Below are positions 51,177-63,074 of a stretch of 64,000 nucleotides of DNA, one piece after another. Source of the DNA: Lepidodermella squamata (lineage: Eukaryota > Animalia > Gastrotricha); contig JBLDXI010000049.1 of assembly GCA_047495785.1 (NCBI GenBank), positions 68,626-132,625 on the forward strand. The letters run 5' to 3'. Position 1 is the first letter of the stretch; the number at the start of each line of letters is the position of its first letter. Below the pieces are notes generated by a model that ran no database searches, was not told the DNA's origin, and saw only the letters and a program-made list of their open reading frames with translations. A program made the translations under genes and the position numbers.

Positions 51177-51333
51177 ATGCCAATAGTAATTCACTCTAGA
51201 CGAGTAGGAGCAAAGAATTGTGCTTTGTGCGGTAAACCATTTCTTCGAATTACCGCAGTCTACTTAGAAATATCGTTCGAATCCGCGTTCGCCGGCATAA
51301 GCGTAGCTGTCCCAAGTTTGCGAGGCTTATCAG
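51177..51333 (+). pseudogene. Decayed 5' fragment (exons 1-2) of an NR-f/NR-g-like gene
   Basis: gagcaaagaattgtgctttgtgcg|gtaa and cgcgttcgccggcataagcgt...aagtttgcgaggcttatcag|gt match NR-f/g, with indels and lost Cys codons. Confidence 0.7.
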
Positions 51334-51819
51334 GTTTGGATAAGAAAAAATGAAAACTGCTATGCACTTTTCAGATTTTAGCTAGCATATTATTTGTGTC
51401 TAGGTAATTGAGATAGGTGCATATATAGATTCATAATTAATTTATGTACTGGAAACGTCAAATGCTTCCGGTTTGGTCATTTTAAATGCCCTGTTTCGGA
51501 GGCATCCAGGCATCGTGATAAATTATGTGACTTGGCGTTAGATCAATTTTGTACGTGGTCAGCCTTGCAAAAATGTCCTTTTTACTTATATCGACTTCCG
51601 ATAAACATACACGTTCATGAATGCCGCGCTGCGAGTAAGCTCAAATTAGTTAGATGTTTTTGTCAATAAAATGTCTGCGGTTCCGAATATCACTGACAGA
51701 GTCCAACCTGTCCACGCGTTGGCTGAAAGTATAACTTATCAAAACTACTTGTTAATACCAGTTGATGTGTTTGCTGTAGCTCTCAAATTATTTTTGCTAT
51801 AAAAAATAGCATTCGAGAG

Positions 51820-53730
51820 ATGCCTTCACCCAAGATTTTCTCCCAAGAAGAAAAGGAGAAAAGAATCGTGCTTTGTGGGGTAAGCCATATCATCCACAAC
51901 ATTCATCCTAAGACATTTCATTCCCAGGTTTGCGACGTTCGCGTGCGCCGTCGTAAACGATACCATCCCAAAGTTTGCGAAGCTTGTCAGGTTAACATTT
52001 GGAAAGAAATGCAATTCGAAATTAAGCTGGTGAAATTTTTAGAAATTCTTCACCCGCAACTACCACAAGCAAACAAAGCTAAAATGTATTAGCGTCAATA
52101 GAACAGATGCGAACAATTGTGTTGTATCGGTCAACAGGCGTCGAGTTTGTCGAAAGTGCCGCTTCGATAAGTGCGTTACCTTTGGAATGAGATGTAAGTT
52201 CCCTTATTCTCGCACATTTTTGTAACCTCAACTTATTTTCTAGCTAAAATCAGTGAACGCTCGCTGCAGATAAGAGAATTTCTTGCTTGCAATTCTGACG
52301 AGTCGGATTCCTCAATGAATTCAGACTCCGCCAACACCAGCACTTCAGCGGATGCTGCGACTGTTGGCCATCAAAATTGTTCGGTCGAGATGTACAAAGA
52401 ACCGGTTCTGTATGATGGCAGAGCTATTGAGGAAGTAATTCGCCACTCCATCCATGCTTTCACTCTGCTGAGCGAGTTCGAATCCGTAAGCTACAGCAAT
52501 TCATTCACGAAAAATAATCAAATGAATATTGTTATCACCAGCTTCCTTTAAAGTGTTACAAGGGCCCTGAGATGACCTACGAACTGGCAGCTGGTCTCAT
52601 GTCGGTTCAAACAGTCACATTTTTCTCGATTACGATAACATACGCCAAGTTCATGCAAGGTGCCAAAGTGGTCCTAATCTTTCGAGATAGGATGATTTAT
52701 TTATTCATTTATTTAAAACTGCAGTTTCGCGTTGCGCGTGTTCACAGTCATTTGTTTTTATATACAGTTTTCAAATATTTACAGGCGTCTCACCGTCGAC
52801 ACACAAGTTTTTACAATTTCAGGCAACAAGTTTTGTAAAATATTATTTTTAAAAAAAGTAATTGAACGAGAGTTAATTATGCATTCTGGTACCTTATTCC
52901 ATACTTTCTGTTAATTCTGTTGCCATTGCAAAATCTTCGGGGATCTGAGCGACATTTAGAAGGAACTATGCAGTGTTTCGCCTTTCTAGTGTTAGTTGAA
53001 TTTTCGAACAAAGATGAAAAAGAGACATCAACAAAATTGTGGTGTGTGATGTGATGTATTTTCAGAATTATATCGGTTCAACGATGAGGAATTGGAAGCT
53101 CTTACATTCGAAGCAGCCAAGTCCATAAAAACAGCATACTCCATGTTGCCTGGGAACAACACATCGTCTGTTATTGATATCGACTTCAGAATTATATCAA
53201 ATATCCTTACCTACTTTCCTGAATTGAAAGTGAGTATGATCCATATTACATGAACCCTGAACTAACTTCCATATTGCAGACGATCGTCGTAGCTTCGCAA
53301 GAATGTGCTTCAGTTATTGGTGATTGGAATCCATCTCTCGTCGAATCCGCCCTTTTCTTCAGTTTGCTATTCTTCCACGGTTCGACTTTCCATGAATGAT
53401 ATGCTTGTAACCATTCGCGTTTTTGTAGACGACGTCGTGAAGAAAAATAATCGGCTCCATCGCGTGAAAGGCCTGCTCAATGCCGCGTTCAATATGTACT
53501 GCTGCAGTATCGGCGATCGGCCCTTCGAAAAAGCTAAGCAGCACCTTGTCAATGCTACGTTTTCCATGTCGAAAATGTGTAAAAAGCTGTATGGCGTTGT
53601 CGAAGCTATGAAGAGTCATGCTTTCGATAGCCGGGCGAACCTGCTGATGGACCAAGCGTTCCGCACGCCGCCCAGTGAAGCCCGTGTCTCCTCGACCTTT
53701 TCCGAACTATACTCCCAGCTGGATGAGTGA
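51820..53730 (+). CDS. Divergent nuclear-receptor-like gene NR-g (close paralog of NR-f)
   Basis: VLCG|VCDVRVRRRKRYHPKVCEACQ|KFFTRNY...CRKCRFDKCVTFGMR; C-terminus ANLLMDQAFRTPPSEARVSSTFSELYSQ nearly identical to NR-f. Confidence 0.88.
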
Positions 53731-54766
53731 AATTCGTCATTGTGATTAGGAACATAGACTAACATTTGTTTGAAATCATCTGAACGCATCTAAATATAAA
53801 TGTCGGAGCGTTTCATCCGACGTCAACACGTGACTGTTTCTTTTGCTCACCATGTGGTTTGCCTTTAAAAATGCGTCATTATTTAGAAGACACATAGTGC
53901 TGTACAGTTAGAACGTGACTAGTTTATCAAATTTGATTCACATATTTTGCAATCAAATAAATCGATGATAGAGCGGACTTTTTCCACCTGGTGATTTTGC
54001 TTAGGTTGACATACGCTCACATACGTCTGTTCATACGTCTGTTCTTATTAGTAACATGTCTCATGTTTGAGGGTGTTTCAAATTTCCAACCAAAAAAGTT
54101 CAAGCGAAATAGCAAATACTTGCTTATTATAGCAATGTTAAAGCTTATCGTCATGAAGGAGCTTGAAATCAACTTCTAGGATTATATTCAACTTTAATTT
54201 CATGATTATAAGTTGACTGGACGAACTAGCCAAAGGTTTTCTTCCCGAAGTTCCCCAAACTTAGTAATAAATGAGGTAGAGCCTATTTTCAACTTCAATT
54301 CTTGCTGATTACCGCCATTTGCGTAAAGTTTGATGCGCGCATTTTAAATGGGTCGCGCAGCCGCACTCATGCCACAGTCTTTATCTATCACTTTAACCCA
54401 CCCGAAATTTCATGCTGCTATACTCCAAAATTAGTTTCAACCAATGTGGAATGTTGCAAGCGGTTTTTGGTATTTTGGCGAATTGACCCAGAATCACTCT
54501 AATCGATTTTTTCAGACTTATCATGCCAAGAATCAATAAATTCGCCTCTCTCGAATGCTGTTTTTTACTCACATGCTATTTTATTACGCAAAATTGTATG
54601 AACTCGTGCACAAAATCAATGAAGCCGCGTATCGATTAACGGCTCGTTCTACTGCTACGGCACATAAAAAATACGCAGCTACGATGTTTTGATATAGAGC
54701 GAGCACGAGCTTCACTCATTTTTCACTTGAATGAAAAGGTCATATTGAAGCTCTTAGTTTATAATA

Positions 54767-56263
54767 ATGCCGCGAACATACACGAAGGAAGAAAAGGAGA
54801 GCCGTGTCATTCACTGCCGGGTATGAACTTCACCTTAATTTTCGAGCGAAATTCATATCAATTGCCAATTCACAGATTTGCAATGCTCTAGTCCCGCGGC
54901 GGAAGAGGTATCATCCCAAAAACTGCGAAGCTTGCCAGGTAACTTTCTAGAATTTTCTTAAGATTTTCTGTTTATTTTACATTTTTTCAGAAATTTTTCT
55001 CTCGAAACCACAACCGGCAGTATGCGTTGAGGTGCTCTGGAGGCGACTCCAAATGTGAAATCGATTCATCGAACCGTCGAAGCTGTCCTAAATGCCGCTT
55101 CGAAAAATGTGTTCTAGCTGGAATGCGATGTGAGTCATCTCTCGAGGCTCAATAATTCTCATTTATTTTTTGACCTTCACAGCTCGACAAGGGAAGCCCT
55201 TCAAAGACGAAGAGGAAGATGTCAGCTCAGGGGAAGGCGCATCTGGCGATTCAACATCGGCCGACCAAATGCAACTCGCAATTGTGCGACCCCGATCGAG
55301 CAGTATCAGCAGCAATAAAAGCACGGATTTTTCAATAAACGAATCCTTTGACAGTCCGTCCGCTATTTGCGAACCCCAGTTAGTTCGAGATCCAGTTCTT
55401 TATGATGGTTCGCTAATCGAAACAGCGATCAAGCAGTCAGTCATCGCTTTCACAATTCTCCATGGCTTTGAATTGGTAAGGGACCTATTTCATCAATGTC
55501 CCCAGGCTTTAATATCAATTTGCAGCTGCCGTTGAAACTGTGTACTGATTACACCATCGAGACTCATTTTGAACTTGCCGGTCAACACACTTTAGAGATG
55601 GCTAAAGTAGGGGCGGCCTACGCTGACTTCATCAAAAGTAGGCTCCTTGATCGGTGTAATGAATCGTATCTTTTTTAGACTCTCCTTTGCCAGATTCCTA
55701 TCGGCTATCGGACGACGAAGGTCGCGCTCTGATGCAGTCCGGGTTCAAACCAATGATGGCTGCTTACTCGGCCCTGCCTGGTAACAACATGGCAAAATTC
55801 GATATTAACGCGTCGATTTTGGAGAGCTTTCTACGCGTTTGCCCTGAATACCAAATTTCCATCGATGCTGGATCGATTCTTCGCGATGCTATGAATGACT
55901 GGTCGCCCAGTTTGGTCGAATGCGCTTTGTTTTTCAATCTTTTGTTCTTGGGAGGTTTGGGAATTGCTTTTGAACAAACTGAAAATGTATGAATTAGTTA
56001 CAGGTGAAACTCAACCGATAAGCCCTCGGGCTGCTCAACTGCGCAATCTGCTTCAAACAGCTTTTCGTTTACACGCAGCCAGGCAGCCTTTCAGACCCCT
56101 GGAAGAAACCAACAAACACCTTTGCCGAAGCACAGTTCTCGCGAAGCAGAACGCGGCCGCTTTACAGCGAAGTGTTGAGATCTCGGTGCGGCGAATGTTC
56201 ACGAGATTTAACCCGAGTGTCCAGCAAACTGTCAGTGATATATTTTTCAATGGCACAAGTTAG
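54767..56263 (+). CDS. Divergent nuclear-receptor-like gene NR-h
   Basis: VIHCR|ICNALVPRRKRYHPKNCEACQ|KFFSRN...CPKCRFEKCVLAGMR; DPVLYDGSLIETAIKQSVIAFTILHGFE; WSPSLVECALFF. Confidence 0.88.
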
Positions 56264-56881
56264 TTGAACAATTTATCGTATCATATATCCTCATGTTGTC
56301 TATTTTCGTCTCATTAAATGAACATTAAAACAAACTTTGTCGGTGAGATCATATTGATGTTGCTTCAAGTCCGTGCTCTTTGATCATAATCTTGAGATTG
56401 CGGTATTGAAGGCGTGGACGTTATCAGTTGAGTACAGCTCTATTTTAGCCAGAGAGAGCTTGCAGAGCTTTGAAAAGTCCAATCGCAAAAGTATAACATC
56501 AACGGAATGACACGTGAGCTGCTTAACAAAAATTAGTTTATCTCGAATTTCCATTTCCACGTCCCAGAGATGTCCATATCATCTCCCATCTCGCAAACTA
56601 AAGTTCATCACTTGCGTCAAGTCCGGTTTCTTTTTATTGTCGGTGACTATAAGTTTTTTCGATGCCTGTTTGTCGCTGTATGCCCCCTGCACAGGACAAG
56701 TTCTCGCGATCGATAACATCGTGCTGATCGATACGACACTGCTCGTCTACGCCGCAATTTTTTTCTATTTTTACTACACCCGCTGTTGAGTACTTGTTAG
56801 CTTGCTATACATAATAATTTTTCCTACTTTTCATCTAGTTTTCTTTTACGACAATGCCTATGATCTTCGCACTTTGATAGG

Positions 56882-58381
56882 ATGCCCCAATATATTACAA
56901 AGGAGGAGAAGGAGCATAGGACCGTTTTTTGCAAGGTATTGTTGACAATTGATGATGTATCTGAGGTCTATTTGCTTTAATTGATACAACAGGTTTGCAA
57001 GATCCTAGTCCCCCGTCGCAAGCGTTACCATCCAAAAGTTTGCGAAGCTTGCCAGGTAATTCTATAGCAAATAGCTGATAATTCCTAATTATTTTGTTTA
57101 CCAATCAGAAATTCTTCAGTCGAAATTTCGATAGATACCAAAAGTTGTTATGCACTGGAAATGGCAACTGCCCGTTAGACTCATCTGGTGATCGTCGCAC
57201 GTGTGCGAGATGCCGATTCGAGAAATGTCTCCAGGCAGGGATGAAAAGTGAGGGTTGCCAATTGTCAACCCAAATTAGTAATATCTTGAATTTATAGCGA
57301 GACGTTTATCTCTGACGCATGTCAAGTCCGAGTTCTCCGACGATAACATTGACCAGCACACCACGGCGGATCCAGAGTATACCACTACTGACGTGGTCAA
57401 CTCATCGTATAGTTCGCATTCGTCTTGTGACAGCGTCCCTCGAGAGATAGTCATGTACGATGGTACTGCCATAGAGAACGCAATCAGATGTTCAGTTCAC
57501 GCTTTCACGCTACTTCACGATTTCGAATTCGTAAGTCATTTATATTGCAGTCTTTCGAATCATTTCAGTTTCAATGGTATAGTTGCCGCTGAAAACTTAC
57601 TCAGGCTCGGATTATAATCTTGATATTCATATGAAACTCGGCAACAAACAAGTTGAGAAAATTGCTGAGATCGCCAGTAATTATGGCTCATTTTTCAAAG
57701 GTACTTCTGAAAAATAACTATAAAGGCTTATTAGCATTTTCATGTAGATTACTTTGGATTGACCACTGACGAGACCAATCTCATTGTCAGTCAAGGCGCG
57801 GTTCCAATCGAAGTAGCCTATTCTTCGCTGCCCTGTAACACAATCGCGAAATTCGATATGAACAGCAATATCCTTTCATTCGTGCTCAAAGTCATGCCGG
57901 AATACGAGGTTTAGCTTTGATTTGCCCACACTAACTGCGAGCATATATTTGTTGTTTCTGCAGCCAACGATTCATGTATCTGAGAAATGCCGGGATACAT
58001 TCGAAGCTTGGAACCCCTCTTTAGTCGAGTGTGCTCTTTTCATCAGTTCCCTTCTTTTTCAAAGTAAGACATGCTCGAATTTTCATTTTTCATTTTTTTA
58101 TTAACATTTCTGTTTTAGGCCAAGCCGTAGCAAATAGCGAGCGTTTATCGAAAATCAGGCGACTGATACTCACAGCGTTCAACATGCACAGCAGTCAGGA
58201 AGCTTGCCGACCTTACGAAGCGACAGCGGAATGTGCACAAAACGCTCTGATTATGACGGGAGAAGTTTGCCTCGCTCTACAAAAAAGCGTGGAGGAGTCT
58301 CGAAAATCTATGCTGGCGCATGCCTACAATAATCAGGAACTTATTGGACAACTTTTCATCAAGTCAACCACAGACTCGTAA
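56882..58381 (+). CDS. Divergent nuclear-receptor-like gene NR-i
   Basis: TVFCK|VCKILVPRRKRYHPKVCEACQ|KFFSRN...CARCRFEKCLQAGMK; YDGTAIENAIRCSVHAFTLLHDFE; WNPSLVECALF. Confidence 0.88.
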
Positions 58382-59699
58382 CTCATATTTCTCCTCATCT
58401 TTCGAATTTCAAATTACAAATATAACTGCATCGATGAGTGTTCAAAAGCATAAAAACGTATATCTTGCAAAGGCGATAATCGGACTTAGGAACGAGTCCT
58501 AACAGAACGTATGAGAAATCGATGAAGTGGCGTAAATCTTTAATGTCCCCTGCACGCGACGTCTGCTTTTCGATGTGATATTAAACTCGGGTATCGGAAA
58601 ATTCAACTAATACAAAGGCAGTGCATAAACTCATCCGATGGTGACACTGGAAAGCATGGCTGCATAAAATAAGAAAAGACGTTCGTTGGGGCTCACATGA
58701 TTCGGCTTATAAATTTCCGCCCGTAGATGACTTCTTTTTTGAGTTCACTTTTTAGACCTGCATTTGATCTTTGTGAAGGACTCGCATGTTTCCCAGCGAC
58801 TGTAATGGTTAACTCAACAATTGATACTTGAACAGCTCATTGTGAAGTCCGGGATATGGGCGGAATGTTGCTTAAAATGAATCGCCCTCGTCCGGCGGGA
58901 GTTTATTTGGGATCATTCAGTGCCCAATTGTCACTAGTCCTAGAGTTGATGTCAAAAAATCATTTATCTTTGAATCTCTCCAACCTCGCCCAATATTTAT
59001 GCACCAAAGATGAAATTCGTGTAAACCAGACATGCGCCAGGCAAGAACGTCCTGTTCAGAGAAAATGGGACCTATAATAATCGTCATCAGCAAAATCACG
59101 TGCAGTTGAAAGCCATCACTTTGAGTCGCTGATATTTACCCATCGATAAACATGAGAACATGCCTTAATGTCCTCAGAACGACCTAGCGGTTGAGTTCGA
59201 GCTTTTTAAACAATTATGAAAATGTTGACTTCGTCCGTTTGTTCGTATTAAACATCTAACTGCTATCAAATACTGCGAAAAATCTGAACAACGCCCGCCT
59301 AAATTCAGGGAATATTGGATCGAGAAATAAGAAACCGAAATGCTGACTGTATTTGGGATCGGATATTTTCCATTGATCTTTGAAGTTTTCCGCATAATTT
59401 ATTTCCGAGAAATATAAATCAAGCATGATCGAATTCAGCTATCAAAGTAGGTATTGCGTTTCCAATGTCAGGGAAAATCATTGTTGTCAAGGGGGCTGCA
59501 AAGCTGTGGTGTCATTTCCCTTCAATAAATCAAAACTATGCGCTATTCTAGCCGGGGTTGCATTGAAATTTAATTGGAAGCTCTCTTTCACGAGGAAGCA
59601 ATAGGAAAGGATGGACTTTGCCATTCCTAAGAAACTATAATTTTCATTAAAAGCGTCGGTCAGTGTCATTGCTTAGCAACTGTTTCAAACAAAAGCTTA

Positions 59700-61129
59700 T
59701 CAGCAAAACTTGGAGACGTTGCGAGAAGCTTTGCTCTTCAAGGCGCTGCCGTTATCGCAGAAATTAGCTTCGAGCTGCGACTCGCCACCGAAAACAGCAA
59801 TGCTCTGCGGAACAATAGTCGGGCTCCATTGCCACTGGCTGATTTCATAGAAAGCAGCGTCATGTTTCCACGAAACTTCAACTGAAGTCGGCTTGCCAAT
59901 GTTCACCGGTGAAGCGACCAAGAAATCGTACACAGCTCCAGGGTTGATGTAGAAATTACCGTCGCCGAGTTGCAGCTTATCCGTCGCGCCGCGGTCTCCG
60001 AACAAGCGGACCCAAACAATGCCCTTTTGCTTCTTATTCTTATCGTTCTTGATAGTTAGCTGGACGTGGTAGTGGTAGCGGCAGAATGGGGCCTTGTCAC
60101 CAGTTACACTCCAGAAAACGTTGTTAACAGAGTTATCGCTCGGCTTGGTCGCAACATTTCCCAAGCCATTGCAGACTTTAGTCTTATCACCAGTCACCGG
60201 GCATCGCAAGCACCGGCCAGTTTTGAACTCGTCGAAATCTTTGCAGGCATAAGACCTGAATGGGCATGAAGATGTGATAGACTCCATAGCGTAGTCATAG
60301 GACCTCATATGGGCACAGGCAATAGTGTAACGCATGCCCTCGACAATGCCGTTGCTGATGATCAACTTAATTGGCCCTTTCGCGCCGCAGCCTGGTTGGT
60401 TCAAGCCACCGTTGGGGTAGACATCGACGTGGCCAGACGGCTGCCACAGGCCCATGCCATTCATGTTGTTGAACGGGTTGAGAATAGTGAAGATATCATT
60501 AGCGTCAGTATGGATGATATCAACAAACTTCGCGTCAGTTTCGTCAAGCCTCACAGCTCGGCTCATGTTTTGGAAGTAAGGATCAGCCGGGTCCATACCA
60601 GTGATTCTGCCGAGGTTTGGCATACGCTCACCAGCGTAGCCAGCGACGTGGGAGCCGAGGGAGTGGCCCAACAGGTGGAAGCTGTTGTGATCAGCCCCGG
60701 TTTTCTCACTCAGCCAAAACGAGAGTTGGGCGATCTGAGCGCCGACGACTCGGGTATTAGCAACAGCCTGGCCATACAGCTTACGGCCACCGCCAACCCA
60801 GTTTACCAAGATAACGTTACAGTCCTCCGACATCAGGAAATGCTTAGCCATTTCCTTCATCCAAGGTCCGAGACCGGTTGAATCAATCCAACCGTGCATG
60901 ATGAATTTGGTTGGAACTTGGCCGTTGTAGTATGAGTGACTGAGCGCAGTGTCATTCTTAGCGATCAGAATTTGCGATTTGTCCATGTTCTTACGGGTGT
61001 AAAGGTGGAATTCGGTCTTGATGTCTTCAGGGCTGTTAGGTAGCAAAGCGACCCTGCCGAAAGCGCTGAATGGGGGGTCAGTCGAAAAGCACCCCAGGTC
61101 TTCATAGCAGACTGTAGTTGGAGCAGCCG
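59700..61129 (-). CDS. Pancreatic-lipase-family triacylglycerol lipase with PLAT domain (main exon; leader exon unresolved)
   Basis: VCYEDLGCF, IMHGW, GHSLG (Ser), RITGMDPA (Asp), VDIIHTD, YPNGG, CAHMRS (His); 23-aa lid between Cys residues; C-terminal PLAT-like beta domain. Confidence 0.93.
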
Positions 61130-63074
61130 CTTTAAAAAAAATCGAAATTTCAAGAGGGGATTAAGTGATTATGATGGATGAAATCAAACCTTTCGAGGCT
61201 GCAACAAGGGCTGCGAACAAAACAGCTAATCTTGGAATCATATCTCAGTATTTCGGGTGTGTTATTTGTAATAAAGCTTTCCCGAGGCAAGTTCTCACGC
61301 TTTTTATTGACTCCACTTTGTCTGTAGCTGTGCTTGATATCTCTAGACATTTTTTTGCTTTTTTTATCTCTTGGAAGTCGTGCCCCACCTTCACGCTGTT
61401 CCGGTATCACGCCACACCGAGCAGAAACCAAGCCAGTAATGGATTAAATCTTGAATCACGCGAGCGTTCACGCTGCGTTTTGGAAAGCTAATTCAGGTCA
61501 CAACCGACCTCGCGATGTACGACAAGTTCATCAAGGCGATAACCTGCTTATTAAACTAGCATATAAATGCGATAAAATGAATGTGTTAATCGCAATTTTC
61601 TCACGGCTGTGGCTTCTAAATTCAAGTGTTTTCTAGCGACTTTCACTGTCAGTAATCAATTTTCCCCCTAAATCTCGACAGATAACAACCGTTTGCGATG
61701 GCGCCAACAGTTCCTGTATTCCTGAGTTCTGCGCGAAGATCAAGTTCAAAGAAAATAATTTGTCTTTAATCAGGCATCAAAAATTTTAATGAAACGCAGA
61801 CAAAATAAAAGTCATCGGAGACAAGCTCAAAAATTAGGAATGTCACTAGCGAGCCACTGCTACTTTCGCCCATTTTATCGGATGTCGGTTCAAACGCGAG
61901 AACGGCTTATAATTCAGTACATAATTCATAATTCTTAATATAGAAATCGATCAATAAGAGCACCTGTGCTGTACTTATTGGGACGCTTGACTGGATGGCT
62001 AGTCCGTGCTCTATCATGTCTGCGACGTCTGTGCCTATAGTGCTTCCGCCTCTGAAAATTGCACTCGCTTTTTTGAAGTGAGGAACTGAAGCTTCGAAGT
62101 TTTATCTTACTAATGATTATGAAGGGATCTCAAGTCAGTTTTATAATCAACCGGAATAATTTGATGTCAATTTCATATAAAAAGGCGTTTTCTGTAGGGA
62201 AAGGCAAAGCCAAATACCTCAAAACGGAAAAAAGTTCAGTTTCCAAGGTTTCATAAATGTTGTTGCTTTGTCGCAGCGTGGTTCGTGCTCTTAAACAGAG
62301 AGTTTTCCAGGAAATTATACTTCAAGTCGGGCTTTCCGATGTTATAAATTTGATGTTATAAATTCATAATTTGTCCGTTATAGCGCAAGTCCGGCTTAAC
62401 GTAGTCCGGCTTACTACACTACTAAGCCAAGCAAATTGCTTCGACTTAGGACGTCTGCTTAGGACCGTCCGGGTTGAAATACCTATGGGGTGAAATGGCG
62501 TAACCAAGTAGCATGGAGCAAAAGGTTTGACACAGATCGAAAGCATCTTGATATTCTTGACACTCTTCATCGCATCTCATAAACTCGCCGTATTGAAAGT
62601 GACCAATTATCATAGTTTTAAGTCTGCTTGTAGGTAGAAAAGTATAATTTTTAATGTCGGTTTTTCTTTGAAATCACAATCTGATCAAACAAATGATGCC
62701 TGATGACATCGGACTTTGATCTCAACGAGGACGTTCATGTCCATAAATACTGAAGTCCGCGAAGTGGAGATTTATTAAGCAAAACGAGGCGAGGACAGAT
62801 TGAGTAGTCCCTATAATACTTCATATCCCTCCGCCGATGAGTGATAACATGCGACAGAATTTTTGACATATGATAACAACAGGACTTTTCGCCGGAGCAT
62901 CCGAAATGTCTAGCCGGCTAGTCGATTTATCGATTTGCCTAGTAGAGAGCGCGTGCAAATAACGTATTTTTTGCAGGTTCATTCATGCTATTTTTCGTTC
63001 GTAGCACAGCATATTTACAGCGCACAAATAGGAATTTTACTTGAAAGAGCCGCCTTAAATTAACTTCATTTAAC

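Noticed and set aside
60309-60881. 190-aa + strand ORF
   Set aside because: Antisense shadow of the lipase exon
61960-62580. Candidate upstream exons for the lipase
   Set aside because: Phase-compatible segments exist, but none encodes a convincing signal peptide; left unresolved
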